The notes beneath the pieces are model-generated. The model had not been told where the DNA came from. It made no database searches and worked only from the letters and a program-made list of their open reading frames with translations. Below, in pieces: positions 7,360 to 17,360 of a stretch of DNA of 64,000 nt (positions within the stretch are counted from its first letter, which is position 1; every line of letters begins with the position of its first letter). Location of the stretch: the NCBI RefSeq assembly GCF_044324785.1, contig NZ_CP172127.1; one strand, written 5' to 3'. Both the position numbers and the translations under genes were made by a program. Source of the stretch: Escherichia coli. Lineage in GTDB: Bacteria > Pseudomonadota > Gammaproteobacteria > Enterobacterales > Enterobacteriaceae.

Positions 7360-9131
7360 CAGTAAAACTCCAGAATGGTGGATGTCAGCGGGGTGCTGAT
7401 ACCGGCGGTGAGTGGCTCATTTAACAGGGCGTGCATGGTCGCCCAGGCGAGGTCGGCGTGGCTGGCTTCCTCGCTGCGGCTGGCTTCATAGGTGGCGCTG
7501 CGTCCGCTGCTGGTCATGGTCTTGCGGATAGCCATAAACGAGCTGGTGATGTCGGTGGCGCTGACGTCATATTCCAGACAGCCACGGCGGATAACGTCTT
7601 TTGCCTTGAGCACCATTGCGGTTTTCATTTCCGGCGTGTAGCGGATATCACGCGCGGCGGGATAGAACGAGCGCACGAGCTGGAACACGCCGACACCGAG
7701 GCCGGTGGCATCAATACCGATGTATTCGACGTTGTATTTTTCGGTGAGTTTGCGGATGGATTCAGCTTGGGTGGCAAAGTCCATGCCTTTCCACTGGTGA
7801 CGCTCAAGTATTCTGAATTTGCCACCGGCCACCACCGGCGGTGCCAGTACCACGCATCCGGCGCTGTCGCCACGGTGTGACGGGTCGTAACCAATCCATA
7901 CCGGGCGGGAGCCGAACGGATTGGCGGCAAACGGCGCATAGTCTTCCCATTCTTCCAGCGTGTCGACCATGCAGCGTTGCAGCTCCTCGAACGGGAACAC
8001 CGATGCCTTGTCGTCAACAAATTCACACATGAACAGGTTTTTAAAATCGTCGGCGCTGTTTTCGCGTTTGAGCTGCTCAATGTCGAACAGCGTGCAGCCG
8101 CCTTTCAGGGCATCCTCAATGGTGACAATCTGCCGCCACTGGCCGTCCGCACAGAGAAGCCCACCGGCAAGGGCGTTATGACTGACGTCGATTTCCACAC
8201 GTTCGGCGGCGCTGGCGCGTCCCCGGTTGAACAGTTCACCTGACCAGAACGGGTAGGCGTCGTGCGCCAGCGTGGACGGGGTGGAGAAATAGGTCGAGCG
8301 CAGGTGACTCTGTGAGGCCATACCTGATGCCACCTTACGCAGTACCTGAAAATTCGGGATCCAGAAAATCTCATCGACGTACAGGTCGCCGTTATGGCTC
8401 TGCGCGGTGTTGGAGTTTGTGCCGAGAAAAATCAGTTTTGCGCCGTTATTGCCCAGGACAATCGGGTCACCGGTCAGGTCAACGTCAACCAGACGGGCAA
8501 AGGCGATGATGTATTCACGGAATACATACGCCTGCGTTTTACTGGCCGACAGAAAAATCTGGTTATGGCCGGTTTTCAGGGCGCGCAGCAGCGCCTCGCG
8601 GGAAAAATAAAACGTTGCGCCAATCTGGCGGGATTTCAGGATATCGCGGATGCGGTGCTCAAGCCCGGCGCGATACCAGTGCAACTGATAGTCGAAAGAC
8701 TGCTCAAAGAAAATCTGCTCCAGCTTTTCGATGGCCTCGTCACTGAAAAAATTCTTTTTCGGTTTGCGACGCCCGCCTTTGTTGCGGTTAGCGACGTTCG
8801 GATTAAGGTCTGCCTCGTTGCCGGTCTGACTGTAGCGGTTTATCCGTGCCAGTCGTTCAATCTGGCGTCCGAGCAGGTCAATTTCCTTGAAGTCACCACC
8901 GGTTTTCTGCGGTTTGATGATGAGCTGGGTCAGTCGCGCTTCCAGACTCATTTCGACACGGCTGATGGGGGCAACGCTGTCCCAGCCGTCGCGCTGTTTC
9001 CAGCTCTGCACCGTCGGGCGTTTCATCTGCAACATGGCGGCAATCTGCGGCACGGAAAACCCCTGCCAGTACAGCAGCGCCGCCTGACGACGCGGGTCGT
9101 GTAAAAGAGTGGTGTCTGTGGTGATGGTCAT
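7359..9131 (-). CDS. P: Terminase large subunit gpP
   Basis: The ORF was trimmed to MTITTDTTLLHDPRRQAALLYWQGFSV (P2 P N-terminus). The track ORF extends 10 codons upstream. Confidence 0.92.
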   Translation of the reverse strand: MTITTDTTLLHDPRRQAALLYWQGFSVPQIAAMLQMKRPTVQSWKQRDGWDSVAPISRVEMSLEARLTQLIIKPQKTGGDFKEIDLLGRQIERLARINRYSQTGNEADLNPNVANRNKGGRRKPKKNFFSDEAIEKLEQIFFEQSFDYQLHWYRAGLEHRIRDILKSRQIGATFYFSREALLRALKTGHNQIFLSASKTQAYVFREYIIAFARLVDVDLTGDPIVLGNNGAKLIFLGTNSNTAQSHNGDLYVDEIFWIPNFQVLRKVASGMASQSHLRSTYFSTPSTLAHDAYPFWSGELFNRGRASAAERVEIDVSHNALAGGLLCADGQWRQIVTIEDALKGGCTLFDIEQLKRENSADDFKNLFMCEFVDDKASVFPFEELQRCMVDTLEEWEDYAPFAANPFGSRPVWIGYDPSHRGDSAGCVVLAPPVVAGGKFRILERHQWKGMDFATQAESIRKLTEKYNVEYIGIDATGLGVGVFQLVRSFYPAARDIRYTPEMKTAMVLKAKDVIRRGCLEYDVSATDITSSFMAIRKTMTSSGRSATYEASRSEEASHADLAWATMHALLNEPLTAGISTPLTSTILEFY

Positions 9132-9304
9132 GAATACCTCGCCGTGATGAATACACGGCAAGGCTACTGAGTCGCGCCCTGCGATTCGCTAAGGTGCTGT
9201 TGTGTCAGTGATAAGCCATCCGGGACTGATGGCGGAGGATGCGCATCGTCGGGAAACTGATGCCGACATGTGACTCCTCTAATCACTATTCAGGACTCCT
9301 GACA

Positions 9305-10159
9305 ATGGCAAAAAAAGTCTCAAAATTCTTTCGTATCGGCGTTGAGGGTGACACCTGTGACGGGCGTGTCATCAGTGCGCAGGATATTCAGGAAATGGCC
9401 GAAACCTTTGACCCGCGTGTCTATGGTTGCCGCATTAACCTGGAACATCTGCGCGGCATCCTGCCTGACGGCATTTTTAAACGTTATGGCGATGTGGCCG
9501 AACTGAAGGCCGAAAAGATTGACGATGATTCGGCGCTGAAAGGCAAATGGGCGCTGTTTGCGAAAATCACCCCGACCGATGACCTTATCGCGATGAACAA
9601 GGCCGCGCAGAAGGTCTACACCTCAATGGAAATTCAGCCGAACTTTGCCAACACCGGCAAATGTTATCTGGTGGGGCTGGCCGTCACCGATGACCCGGCA
9701 AGCCTCGGCACGGAATACCTGGAATTCTGCCGCACGGCAAAACACAACCCTCTGAACCGCTTCAAATTAAGCCCTGAAAACCTGATTTCAGTGGCAACGC
9801 CTGTTGAGCTGGAATTTGAAGACCTGCCTGAAACCGTGTTCACCGCCCTGACCGAAAAGGTGAAGTCCATTTTTGGCCGCAAACAGGCCAGCGATGATGC
9901 CCGTCTGAATGACGTGCATGAAGCGGTGACCGCTGTTGCTGAACATGTGCAGGAAAAACTGAGCGCCACTGAGCAGCGCCTCGCGGAGATGGAAACCGCC
10001 TTTTCCGCACTTAAGCAGGAGGTGACTGACAGGGCGGATGAAACCAGCCAGGCATTCACCCGCCTGAAAAACAGTCTCGACCACACCGAAAGTCTGACCC
10101 AGCAGCGCCGCAGCAAGGCCACCGGCGGTGGCGGTGACGCCCTGATGACGAACTGCTGA
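9305..10159 (+). CDS. O: Capsid scaffold protein gpO
   Basis: Starts MAKKVSKFFRIGVEGDTCDGRVISAQDIQEMAETF, the P2 O N-terminus. Divergent from P, as in P2. Confidence 0.92.
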   Translation: MAKKVSKFFRIGVEGDTCDGRVISAQDIQEMAETFDPRVYGCRINLEHLRGILPDGIFKRYGDVAELKAEKIDDDSALKGKWALFAKITPTDDLIAMNKAAQKVYTSMEIQPNFANTGKCYLVGLAVTDDPASLGTEYLEFCRTAKHNPLNRFKLSPENLISVATPVELEFEDLPETVFTALTEKVKSIFGRKQASDDARLNDVHEAVTAVAEHVQEKLSATEQRLAEMETAFSALKQEVTDRADETSQAFTRLKNSLDHTESLTQQRRSKATGGGGDALMTNC

Positions 10160-10216
10160 CCGGCATCAGTCATCCGGGAAAACCTTCACGATTAACCCTT
10201 AATTTCAGGAAAAACT

Positions 10217-11290
10217 ATGCGCCAGGAAACCCGCTTTAAATTTAATGCCTACCTGTCCCGTGTTGCCGAACTGAACGGCATCGACGCCGGTGATGTGTCG
10301 AAAAAATTCACCGTTGAACCGTCGGTCACCCAGACCCTGATGAACACCATGCAGGAGTCCTCTGACTTTCTGACCCGCATCAACATTGTGCCGGTCAGCG
10401 AAATGAAAGGGGAAAAAATTGGCATCGGTGTCACCGGCTCCATCGCCAGCACCACCGACACCGCCGGTGGCACCGAGCGTCAGCCGAAGGACTTCTCGAA
10501 GCTGGCGTCAAACAAGTACGAATGCGACCAGATTAACTTCGATTTTTATATCCGCTACAAAACGCTTGACCTGTGGGCGCGTTATCAGGATTTCCAGCTC
10601 CGTGTCCGTAACGCCATTATCAAACGCCAGTCCCTTGATTTCATCATGGCCGGTTTTAACGGCGTGAAGCGTGCCGAAACCTCTGACCGCAGCAGCAATC
10701 CGATGTTGCAGGATGTGGCGGTCGGCTGGCTGCAGAAATACCGCAATGAAGCACCGGCGCGCGTGATGAGCAAGGTCACTGACGAGGAAGGTCACACGAC
10801 CTCTGAGGTCATCCGCGTGGGTAAGGGCGGTGATTATGCCAGCCTTGATGCACTGGTGATGGATGCGACCAACAACCTGATCGAACCGTGGTATCAGGAA
10901 GACCCTGACCTTGTGGTGATAGTGGGACGTCAGTTACTGGCGGACAAGTATTTCCCCATCGTTAACAAGGAGCAGGACAACAGCGAAATGCTGGCCGCTG
11001 ACGTCATCATCAGCCAGAAACGCATCGGCAACCTGCCAGCGGTACGCGTCCCGTACTTCCCGGCGGATGCGATGCTCATCACGAAGCTGGAAAACCTGTC
11101 CATCTACTACATGGATGACAGCCATCGCCGCGTGATTGAGGAAAACCCGAAACTCGACCGCGTGGAGAACTACGAGTCAATGAACATTGATTACGTGGTG
11201 GAGGACTACGCCGCCGGTTGTCTGGTGGAAAAAATTAAGGTCGGTGATTTCTCCACACCGGCTAAAGCGACCGCAGAGCCGGGAGCGTAA
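10217..11290 (+). CDS. N: Major capsid protein gpN
   Basis: 357 aa, MRQETRFKFNAYLSRVAELNG..., in the P2 N position. Confidence 0.93.
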   Translation: MRQETRFKFNAYLSRVAELNGIDAGDVSKKFTVEPSVTQTLMNTMQESSDFLTRINIVPVSEMKGEKIGIGVTGSIASTTDTAGGTERQPKDFSKLASNKYECDQINFDFYIRYKTLDLWARYQDFQLRVRNAIIKRQSLDFIMAGFNGVKRAETSDRSSNPMLQDVAVGWLQKYRNEAPARVMSKVTDEEGHTTSEVIRVGKGGDYASLDALVMDATNNLIEPWYQEDPDLVVIVGRQLLADKYFPIVNKEQDNSEMLAADVIISQKRIGNLPAVRVPYFPADAMLITKLENLSIYYMDDSHRRVIEENPKLDRVENYESMNIDYVVEDYAAGCLVEKIKVGDFSTPAKATAEPGA

Positions 11291-11293
11291 CCG

Positions 11294-12037
11294 ATGACGA
11301 GTCCCGCACAGCGCCACATGATGCGGGTCTCGGCAGCGATGACCGCGCAGCGGGAAGCCGCCCCGCTGCGACATGCAACTGTCTATGAGCAGATGCTGGT
11401 CAAGCTGGCCGCAGACCAGCGCACACTGAAAGCGATTTATTCAAAAGAGCTGAAGGCCGCGAAAAAACGCGAACTGCTGCCGTTCTGGTTGCCGTGGGTG
11501 AACGGCGTGCTGGAGCAGGGCAAAGGTGCACAGGATGACATTCTGATGACGGTCATGCTGTGGCGTCTGGATACCGGCGATATTGCCGGTGCGCTGGAGA
11601 TTGCCCGTTATGCCCTGAAGTACGGTCTGACCATGCCGGGTAAACACCGCCGCACCCCGCCGTACATGTTCACCGAGGAGGTGGCGCTTGCGGCCATGCG
11701 CGCTCACGCTGCCGGTGAGTCTGTGGATACCCGCCTGCTGACGGACACCCTTGAACTGACCGCCACGGCTGACATGCCTGATGAAGTGCGCGCAAAGCTG
11801 CACAAAATCACCGGTCTGTTTCTGCGTGACGCTGGTGATGCCGCAGGGGCGCTGGCGCACCTGCAACGTGCGACACAGCTCGACTGTCAGGCAGGCGTCA
11901 AAAAAGAGATTGAACGACTGGAGCGGGAACTGAAACCGAAGCCGGAGCCACAGCCAAAAGCGGCCACCCGCGCCCCGCGTAAGACCCGGAGTGCGACACC
12001 GGCAAAACGTGGACGCCCGAAAAAGAAAGCCAGTTAA
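11294..12037 (+). CDS. M: Terminase small subunit gpM
   Basis: 247 aa with a basic C-terminal tail, in the P2 M position. Confidence 0.9.
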   Translation: MTSPAQRHMMRVSAAMTAQREAAPLRHATVYEQMLVKLAADQRTLKAIYSKELKAAKKRELLPFWLPWVNGVLEQGKGAQDDILMTVMLWRLDTGDIAGALEIARYALKYGLTMPGKHRRTPPYMFTEEVALAAMRAHAAGESVDTRLLTDTLELTATADMPDEVRAKLHKITGLFLRDAGDAAGALAHLQRATQLDCQAGVKKEIERLERELKPKPEPQPKAATRAPRKTRSATPAKRGRPKKKAS

Positions 12038-12136
12038 CAACCGAATGCGCCCCGCGCCAGGGCGGCACGCCGGTCAGTGAGGGTGAATCACCTGACACTG
12101 CACCGGCGTCCACCGCCCGACTTTTCAGAGGTAGTC

Positions 12137-12646
12137 ATGATGACGCTGATTATTCCGCGAAAGGAGGCTCCCGTGTCCGGTGAGGGTACGGTGGTCATCC
12201 CGCAACCGGCAGGCGACGAGCCGGTGATTAAAAACACGTTCTTTTTTCCCGATATCGACCCGAAGCGCGTCCGGGAACGTATGCGCCTTGAGCAGACCGT
12301 CGCCCCCGCCCGTCTGCGAGAGGCCATCAAGTCAGGCATGGCTGAAACGAATGCGGAGCTGTACGAGTACCGCGAACAGAAAATTGCTGCCGGTTTTACG
12401 CGTCTGGTGGACGTCCCGGCGGACGACATCGACGGTGAAAGCATCAAAGTTTTTTATTACGAGCGCGCCGTGTGTGCGATGGCGACCGCGTCGCTTTATG
12501 AACGTTATCGCGGTGTGGATGCCAGTGCGAAAGGCGACAAGAAGGCCGACAGCATTGACAGCACCATTGATGAACTGTGGCGGGATATGCGCTGGGCGGT
12601 GGCGCGTATCCAGGACAAGCCACGCTGCATCGTGAGTCAAATCTGA
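12137..12646 (+). CDS. L: Head completion protein gpL
   Basis: Trimmed to MMTLIIPRKEAPVSGEGTVV, the P2 L N-terminus. Confidence 0.9.
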   Translation: MMTLIIPRKEAPVSGEGTVVIPQPAGDEPVIKNTFFFPDIDPKRVRERMRLEQTVAPARLREAIKSGMAETNAELYEYREQKIAAGFTRLVDVPADDIDGESIKVFYYERAVCAMATASLYERYRGVDASAKGDKKADSIDSTIDELWRDMRWAVARIQDKPRCIVSQI

Positions 12647-12849
12647 TGAAGACCTTTGCGCTACAGGGCGACACGCTCGACGCCATTTGTGTCCGGTATT
12701 ACGGGCGCACTGAGGGCGTGGTCGAGGCCGTGCTCGCCGCAAATCCGGGACTGGCTGAACTGGGTGCGGTGCTGCCGCACGGCACCGCCGTCGAACTGCC
12801 CGACGTTCAGACCGCGCCCGTGGCTGAAACTGTCAATCTGTGGGAGTAA
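12646..12849 (+). CDS. X: Tail protein gpX (LysM-like)
   Basis: MKTFALQGDTLDAICVRYYGRTEGVVE..., 67 aa as in P2 X. Confidence 0.88.
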   Translation: MKTFALQGDTLDAICVRYYGRTEGVVEAVLAANPGLAELGAVLPHGTAVELPDVQTAPVAETVNLWE

Positions 12850-12852
12850 CAC

Positions 12853-13134
12853 ATGACAGCAGAAGAAAAAAGCGTCCTGTCGCTTTTCATGATTGGGGTG
12901 CTGATTGTTGTCGGCAAGGTGCTTGCCGGTGGTGAACCCATTACCCCGCGTCTGTTTATCGGGCGCATGTTGCTCGGTGGTTTTGTCTCGATGGTTGCCG
13001 GTGTTGTTCTGGTGCAGTTCCCTGACCTGTCACTGCCTGCGGTGTGCGGCATCGGCTCCATGCTGGGTATCGCCGGTTATCAGGTGATTGAGATTGCCAT
13101 TCAGCGCCGCTTTAAGGGCAGGGGGAAACAGTAA
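12853..13134 (+). CDS. Y: Holin gpY
   Basis: 93 aa with multiple TM segments, directly upstream of the endolysin. Confidence 0.88.
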   Translation: MTAEEKSVLSLFMIGVLIVVGKVLAGGEPITPRLFIGRMLLGGFVSMVAGVVLVQFPDLSLPAVCGIGSMLGIAGYQVIEIAIQRRFKGRGKQ

Positions 13135-13631
13135 TGCAGGTAATTAACACGCATCAGAATATCGCCGCCTTTCTCGACATGCTGGCCGTGTCCGAAGGGA
13201 CGGCGAATCATCCGCTGACGAAAAACCGGGGCTATGACGTGATAGTCACCGGACTGGACGGAAAGCCGGAAATTTTCACCGACTACAGTGACCACCCGTT
13301 CGCACATGGCCGACCGGCGAAGGTGTTTAACCGTCGCGGTGAAAAATCAACGGCCTCCGGTCGCTATCAGCAGCTTTACCTGTTCTGGCCGCATTACCGC
13401 AAACAGCTTGCCCTGCCGGATTTCAGTCCGTTGTCACAGGACAGACTCGCCATTCAGTTGATCCGCGAACGCGGTGCACTGGATGACATCCGGGCGGGAC
13501 GTATTGAGCGCGCCATTTCACGCTGTCGCAATATCTGGGCGTCCCTGCCGGGTGCCGGTTACGGTCAGCGTGAGCATTCACTGGAAAAACTGGTCACCGT
13601 CTGGCGTACCGCTGGCGGCGTACCGGCTTAA
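13134..13631 (+). CDS. K: Endolysin gpK
   Basis: 165 aa, MQVINTHQNIAAFLDMLAVSEGT (phage lysozyme/transglycosylase-like), in the P2 K position. Confidence 0.9.
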   Translation: MQVINTHQNIAAFLDMLAVSEGTANHPLTKNRGYDVIVTGLDGKPEIFTDYSDHPFAHGRPAKVFNRRGEKSTASGRYQQLYLFWPHYRKQLALPDFSPLSQDRLAIQLIRERGALDDIRAGRIERAISRCRNIWASLPGAGYGQREHSLEKLVTVWRTAGGVPA

Positions 13632-13645
13632 ACGGAGTAAACACC

Positions 13646-14071
13646 ATGAAGAAATTATCCCTTTCACTGATGCTGAACGTGTCGCTGGCGCTGATGCTGG
13701 CACTGTCCCTGATTTACCCGCAGAGCGTGGCCGTCAGTTTTGTCGCTGCCTGGGCGATTCTGGCGACGGTTATCTGTGTGGTTGCCGGTGGTGTCGGCGT
13801 TTATGCCACTGAGTATGTGCTGGAACGCTACGGGCGGGAGCTGCCGCCGGAGTCGCTGGCCGTGAAGATTGTCATGTCGCTGTTTTTGCAGCCAGTGCCG
13901 TGGTGCAGACGGGCGGCGGCTCTGGTGGTGATGGTGGCGACATTTATCTCGCTGGTCGCTGCCGGGTGGATTTTTACCGCGCTGATTTATCTCGTGGCGT
14001 CGGTGTTCTTCCGGCTGATACGTACGGCCTGCCGTCAACGTCTTGAGGGGCGGGAACCATGTCAAAGCTGA
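13646..14071 (+). CDS. lysA: Lysis timing membrane protein LysA
   Basis: 141-aa polytopic membrane protein following K, as in P2. Confidence 0.85.
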   Translation: MKKLSLSLMLNVSLALMLALSLIYPQSVAVSFVAAWAILATVICVVAGGVGVYATEYVLERYGRELPPESLAVKIVMSLFLQPVPWCRRAAALVVMVATFISLVAAGWIFTALIYLVASVFFRLIRTACRQRLEGREPCQS

Positions 14072-14484
14072 TGATTGTGATGGTTGTGTTGTTATCGCTG
14101 GCGGTGGCGGGGCTGTTTCTGGCGAAGCATGAAAACGCCAGCCTGCGCGCCTCGCTGGACAGGGTGAACAACGTCGCCAGTGAACAGCAGACGACCATCA
14201 CCATGCTGAAAAATCAGCTTCATGTTGCCCTCACCAGGGCAGACAAAAACGAGCTGGCGCAGGTGGCACTGCGTCAGGAACTGGAGAACGCCGCGAAGCG
14301 TGAAGCACAGCGCGAGAAAACCATCACGAGGTTACTTAATGAAAACGAAGATTTTCGCCGCTGGTACGGCGCTGACCTGCCTGATGCTGTGCGCCGGTTG
14401 CACCAGCGCCCCGCCTGCACCGACGCCAGTGATTGTCCACAACGCCTGCCCGAAAGTGAGCCTTTGCCCGATGCCGGGCAGTGA
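14059..14484 (+). CDS. lysB: i-spanin LysB (Rz-like)
   Basis: 141 aa with an N-terminal TM segment and a coiled-coil region, in the P2 lysB position. Confidence 0.85.
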   Translation: MSKLMIVMVVLLSLAVAGLFLAKHENASLRASLDRVNNVASEQQTTITMLKNQLHVALTRADKNELAQVALRQELENAAKREAQREKTITRLLNENEDFRRWYGADLPDAVRRLHQRPACTDASDCPQRLPESEPLPDAGQ

Positions 14485-14629
14485 CCCGCAGACGAACGGT
14501 GATTTAAGTGCCGATATCCGGCAGCTTGAGAACGCGCTGGCACGCTGTGCCAGCCAGGTAAAAATGATTAAACACTGTCAGGACGAAAACGATGCTCAAA
14601 CCCGACAGCCTGCGCAGGGCGCTGACTGA
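14339..14629 (+). CDS. lysC: o-spanin LysC (Rz1-like lipoprotein), overlapping the 3' part of lysB in another frame and extending past its stop
   Basis: MKTKIFAAGTALTCLMLCAGC contains a lipobox (LCAGC). The gene overlaps the lysB 3' part in the +1 frame. Confidence 0.8.
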   Translation: MKTKIFAAGTALTCLMLCAGCTSAPPAPTPVIVHNACPKVSLCPMPGSDPQTNGDLSADIRQLENALARCASQVKMIKHCQDENDAQTRQPAQGAD

Positions 14630-15059
14630 TGCCGTCACGGTGCTGAAAACCAGTCCCGAGATGTTGCGGATATTCGTGGATAACGGGAGTATTGCCTCCA
14701 CGCTGGCGACGTCGTTGTCATTCGAAAAGCGTTACACGCTCAATGTGATTGTGACCGACTTTACCGGTGATTTTGACCTGCTCATCGTGCCGGTGCTGGC
14801 GTGGCTGCGGGAAAATCAGCCCGACATCATGACCACCGACGAAGGTCAGAAAAAAGGTTTCACGTTTTATGCAGACATCAACAATGACAGCAGCTTTGAT
14901 ATCAGCATCAGCCTGATGCTGACCGAGCGCACGCTGGTCAGTGAGGTGGACGGCGCGCTGCATGTGAAGAATATCCCGGAACCCACGCCGCCGGAGCCGG
15001 CCACCCGCCCGATGGAGCTTTATATCAATGGCGAACTGGTGAGCAAGTGGGATGAATGA
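14592..15059 (+). CDS. R: Tail completion protein gpR
   Basis: 155 aa, in the P2 R position and with matching sequence. Confidence 0.88.
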   Translation: MLKPDSLRRALTDAVTVLKTSPEMLRIFVDNGSIASTLATSLSFEKRYTLNVIVTDFTGDFDLLIVPVLAWLRENQPDIMTTDEGQKKGFTFYADINNDSSFDISISLMLTERTLVSEVDGALHVKNIPEPTPPEPATRPMELYINGELVSKWDE

Positions 15060-15504
15060 GTTTAAGCGTTTTGAAGACCGGCTGACCGGACTGACTGAGT
15101 CGCTGTCACCGTCAGGGCGTCGGCGACTGAGCGCCGAACTGGCGAAACGTCTGCGGCAGAGTCAGCAGCGTCGGGTGATGGCACAGAAAGCCCCGGATGG
15201 CACACCCTATGCGCCACGCCAGCAGCAGAGCGCCAGAAAAAAGACCGGTCGTGTTAAGCGAAAAATGTTTGCGAAACTTATCACCAGTCGTTTTTTGCAT
15301 ATCCGCGCCAGCCCGGAACAGGCATCAATGGAATTTTACGGCGGGAAGTCGCCGAAAATCGCCAGTGTGCATCAGTTCGGTCTGTCGGAAGAAACCCGGA
15401 AAGACGGTAAGAAAATTGATTATCCGGCGCGTCCTCTGCTCGGCTTTACCGGTGAGGATGTGCAGATGATTGAAGAGATTATCCTGGCTCACCTTGAGCG
15501 TTAG
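15052..15504 (+). CDS. S: Tail completion protein gpS
   Basis: 150 aa, in the P2 S position and with matching sequence. Confidence 0.88.
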   Translation: MNEFKRFEDRLTGLTESLSPSGRRRLSAELAKRLRQSQQRRVMAQKAPDGTPYAPRQQQSARKKTGRVKRKMFAKLITSRFLHIRASPEQASMEFYGGKSPKIASVHQFGLSEETRKDGKKIDYPARPLLGFTGEDVQMIEEIILAHLER

Positions 15505-15534
15505 TTTTATCCAGGCAGAGGCTGATGCGCAATT

Positions 15535-15569
15535 AAACATTGAGCGGCCATGCTGGTCGCTCAATGTTT
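15535..15569. terminator. Bidirectional hairpin between convergent S and the cargo membrane gene
   Basis: 12-bp perfect stem AAACATTGAGCG / CGCTCAATGTTT with an 11-nt loop, between the S stop (15504) and the minus-strand stop (15576). Confidence 0.55.
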
Positions 15570-16131
15570 AGAGGTTTATGAGTGATTTTTATTTGATGCT
15601 TTGTATTCTAAAACCTTCTTATTGGCGTAAAAGAATTTTGTATATGACAGGAATATAACCAGACCTGAAGTGAAATAGACGAGGGATAGTATTAATAATG
15701 CTTTTTTGTGACTGTTATTATCTTTAATCTCCTGGCTTAACCATTCGGAGTCCTCCTCGTTTAGCTGTAAGAGCTTATTGCAGGCGATCTCAGGAAGTGT
15801 GTCTTTTATAAATACGTTTTGCAGTCTCTTGCAATCGGCAAGGCTATAAGTTTTATTAAATTCAACTGCTTTATTTTTGAAGGATAAAAGAACTTTGTCA
15901 CTATAAACATAGTACATCATGTTTTTATATGGTATGCCTATGGCATCCCTTACTATAACGGATTGTACGTTGTGTATGTAACATGCGAGGAGAATGTAAA
16001 AAATACTGGCCAGAATTACAATTATTGTTTTAATTATGTGTAGACTGGCCCCCTGAATCTCCAGACAACCAATATCACTTAAATAAGTGATAGTCTTAAT
16101 ACTAGTTTTTAGACTAGTCATTGGAGAGCAG

Positions 16132-16497
16132 ATGATTGATGTCTTAGGACCGGAGAAACGCAGACGGCGTACTACACAGGAAAAGATCGCTATTGTTCAG
16201 CAGAGTTTTGAACCGGGAATGACGGTCTCCCTTGTTGCCCGGCAACACGGTGTGGCAGCCAGCCAGTTATTTCTCTGGCGCAAGCAATACCAGGAGGGAA
16301 GTCTTACTGCTGTGGCCGCAGGAGAGCAGGTCGTTCCTGCCTCTGAACTTGCTGCTGCCATGAAGCAGATTAAAGAACTCCAGCGCCTGCTCGGCAAAAA
16401 AACGATGGAAAATGAACTCCTTAAAGAAGCCGTTGAATACGGGCGTGCAAAAAAGTGGATAGCGCACGCGCCCTTATTGCCCGGGGATGGGGAGTAA
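16132..16497 (+). CDS. insC: IS2 transposase OrfA (InsC)
   Basis: [29 protein letters not shown]... The A_AAA_AAG frameshift heptamer lies at 16449-16455 in the zero frame. Confidence 0.9.
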
Positions 16498-17360
16498 GCT
16501 TAGTCAGCCGTTGTCTCCGGGTGTCGCGTGCGCAGTTGCACGTAATTCTCAGACGAACCGATGACTGGAAAGATGGTCGCCGCAGCCGTCACTCAGATGA
16601 TACGGATGTGCTTCTCCGTATACACCATGTTATCGGAGAGCTGCCCACGTATGGTTATCGTCGGGTATGGGCGCTGCTTCGCAGACAGGCCGAACTTGAT
16701 GGTATGCCTGCGATCAATGCCAAACGTGTTTACCGGATCATGCGCCAGAATGCGCTGTTGCTTGAGCGAAAAACCGCTGTACCGCCATCGAAACGGGCAC
16801 ATACTGGCAAAGTGGCCGTGAAAGAAAGCAATCAACGATGGTGCTCTGACGGGTTCGAGTTCCGCTGTGATAACGGAGAAAAACTGCGAGTCACGTTCGC
16901 GCTGGACTGCTGTGACCGTGAGGCACTGCACTGGGCAGTCACTACGGGCGGCTTCGACAGTGAAACAGTACAGGACGTAATGCTGGGAGCGGTGGAACGC
17001 CGCTTCGGCAACGAGCTTCCGGCGTCTCCAGTAGAGTGGCTGACGGATAATGGTTCATGCTACCGGGCTAATGAAACACGGCAGTTTGCCCGGATGTTGG
17101 GGCTTGAACCGAAGAACACGGCGGTGCGGAGTCCGGAGAGTAACGGCATAGCAGAGAGCTTCGTGAAAACGATAAAGCGTGACTACATCAGTATCATGCC
17201 TAAACCAGACGGGTTAACGGCAGCAAAGAACCTTGCAGAGGCGTTCGAGCATTATAACGAATGGCATCCGCATAGTGCACTGGGTTATCGCTCGCCACGG
17301 GAATATCTGCGGCAGCAGGCCAGTAATGGGTTAAGTGATAACAGGTGTCTGGAAATATAG
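16455..17360 (+). CDS. insD: IS2 transposase OrfB (InsD, DDE integrase domain), expressed as an OrfAB fusion by -1 frameshift
   Basis: 301-aa ORF in the -1 frame relative to insC, with a typical IS3-family rve domain sequence. Confidence 0.9.

Noticed and set aside
7431-12856. Overlapping and antisense ORFs inside P2 structural genes P, O, N, M, L and X (for example 8394-9104+, 11441-12040-, 12332-12742-).
   Set aside because: The annotated P2 genes account for the full coding capacity. The alternative frames are shadow ORFs of GC-rich phage DNA.
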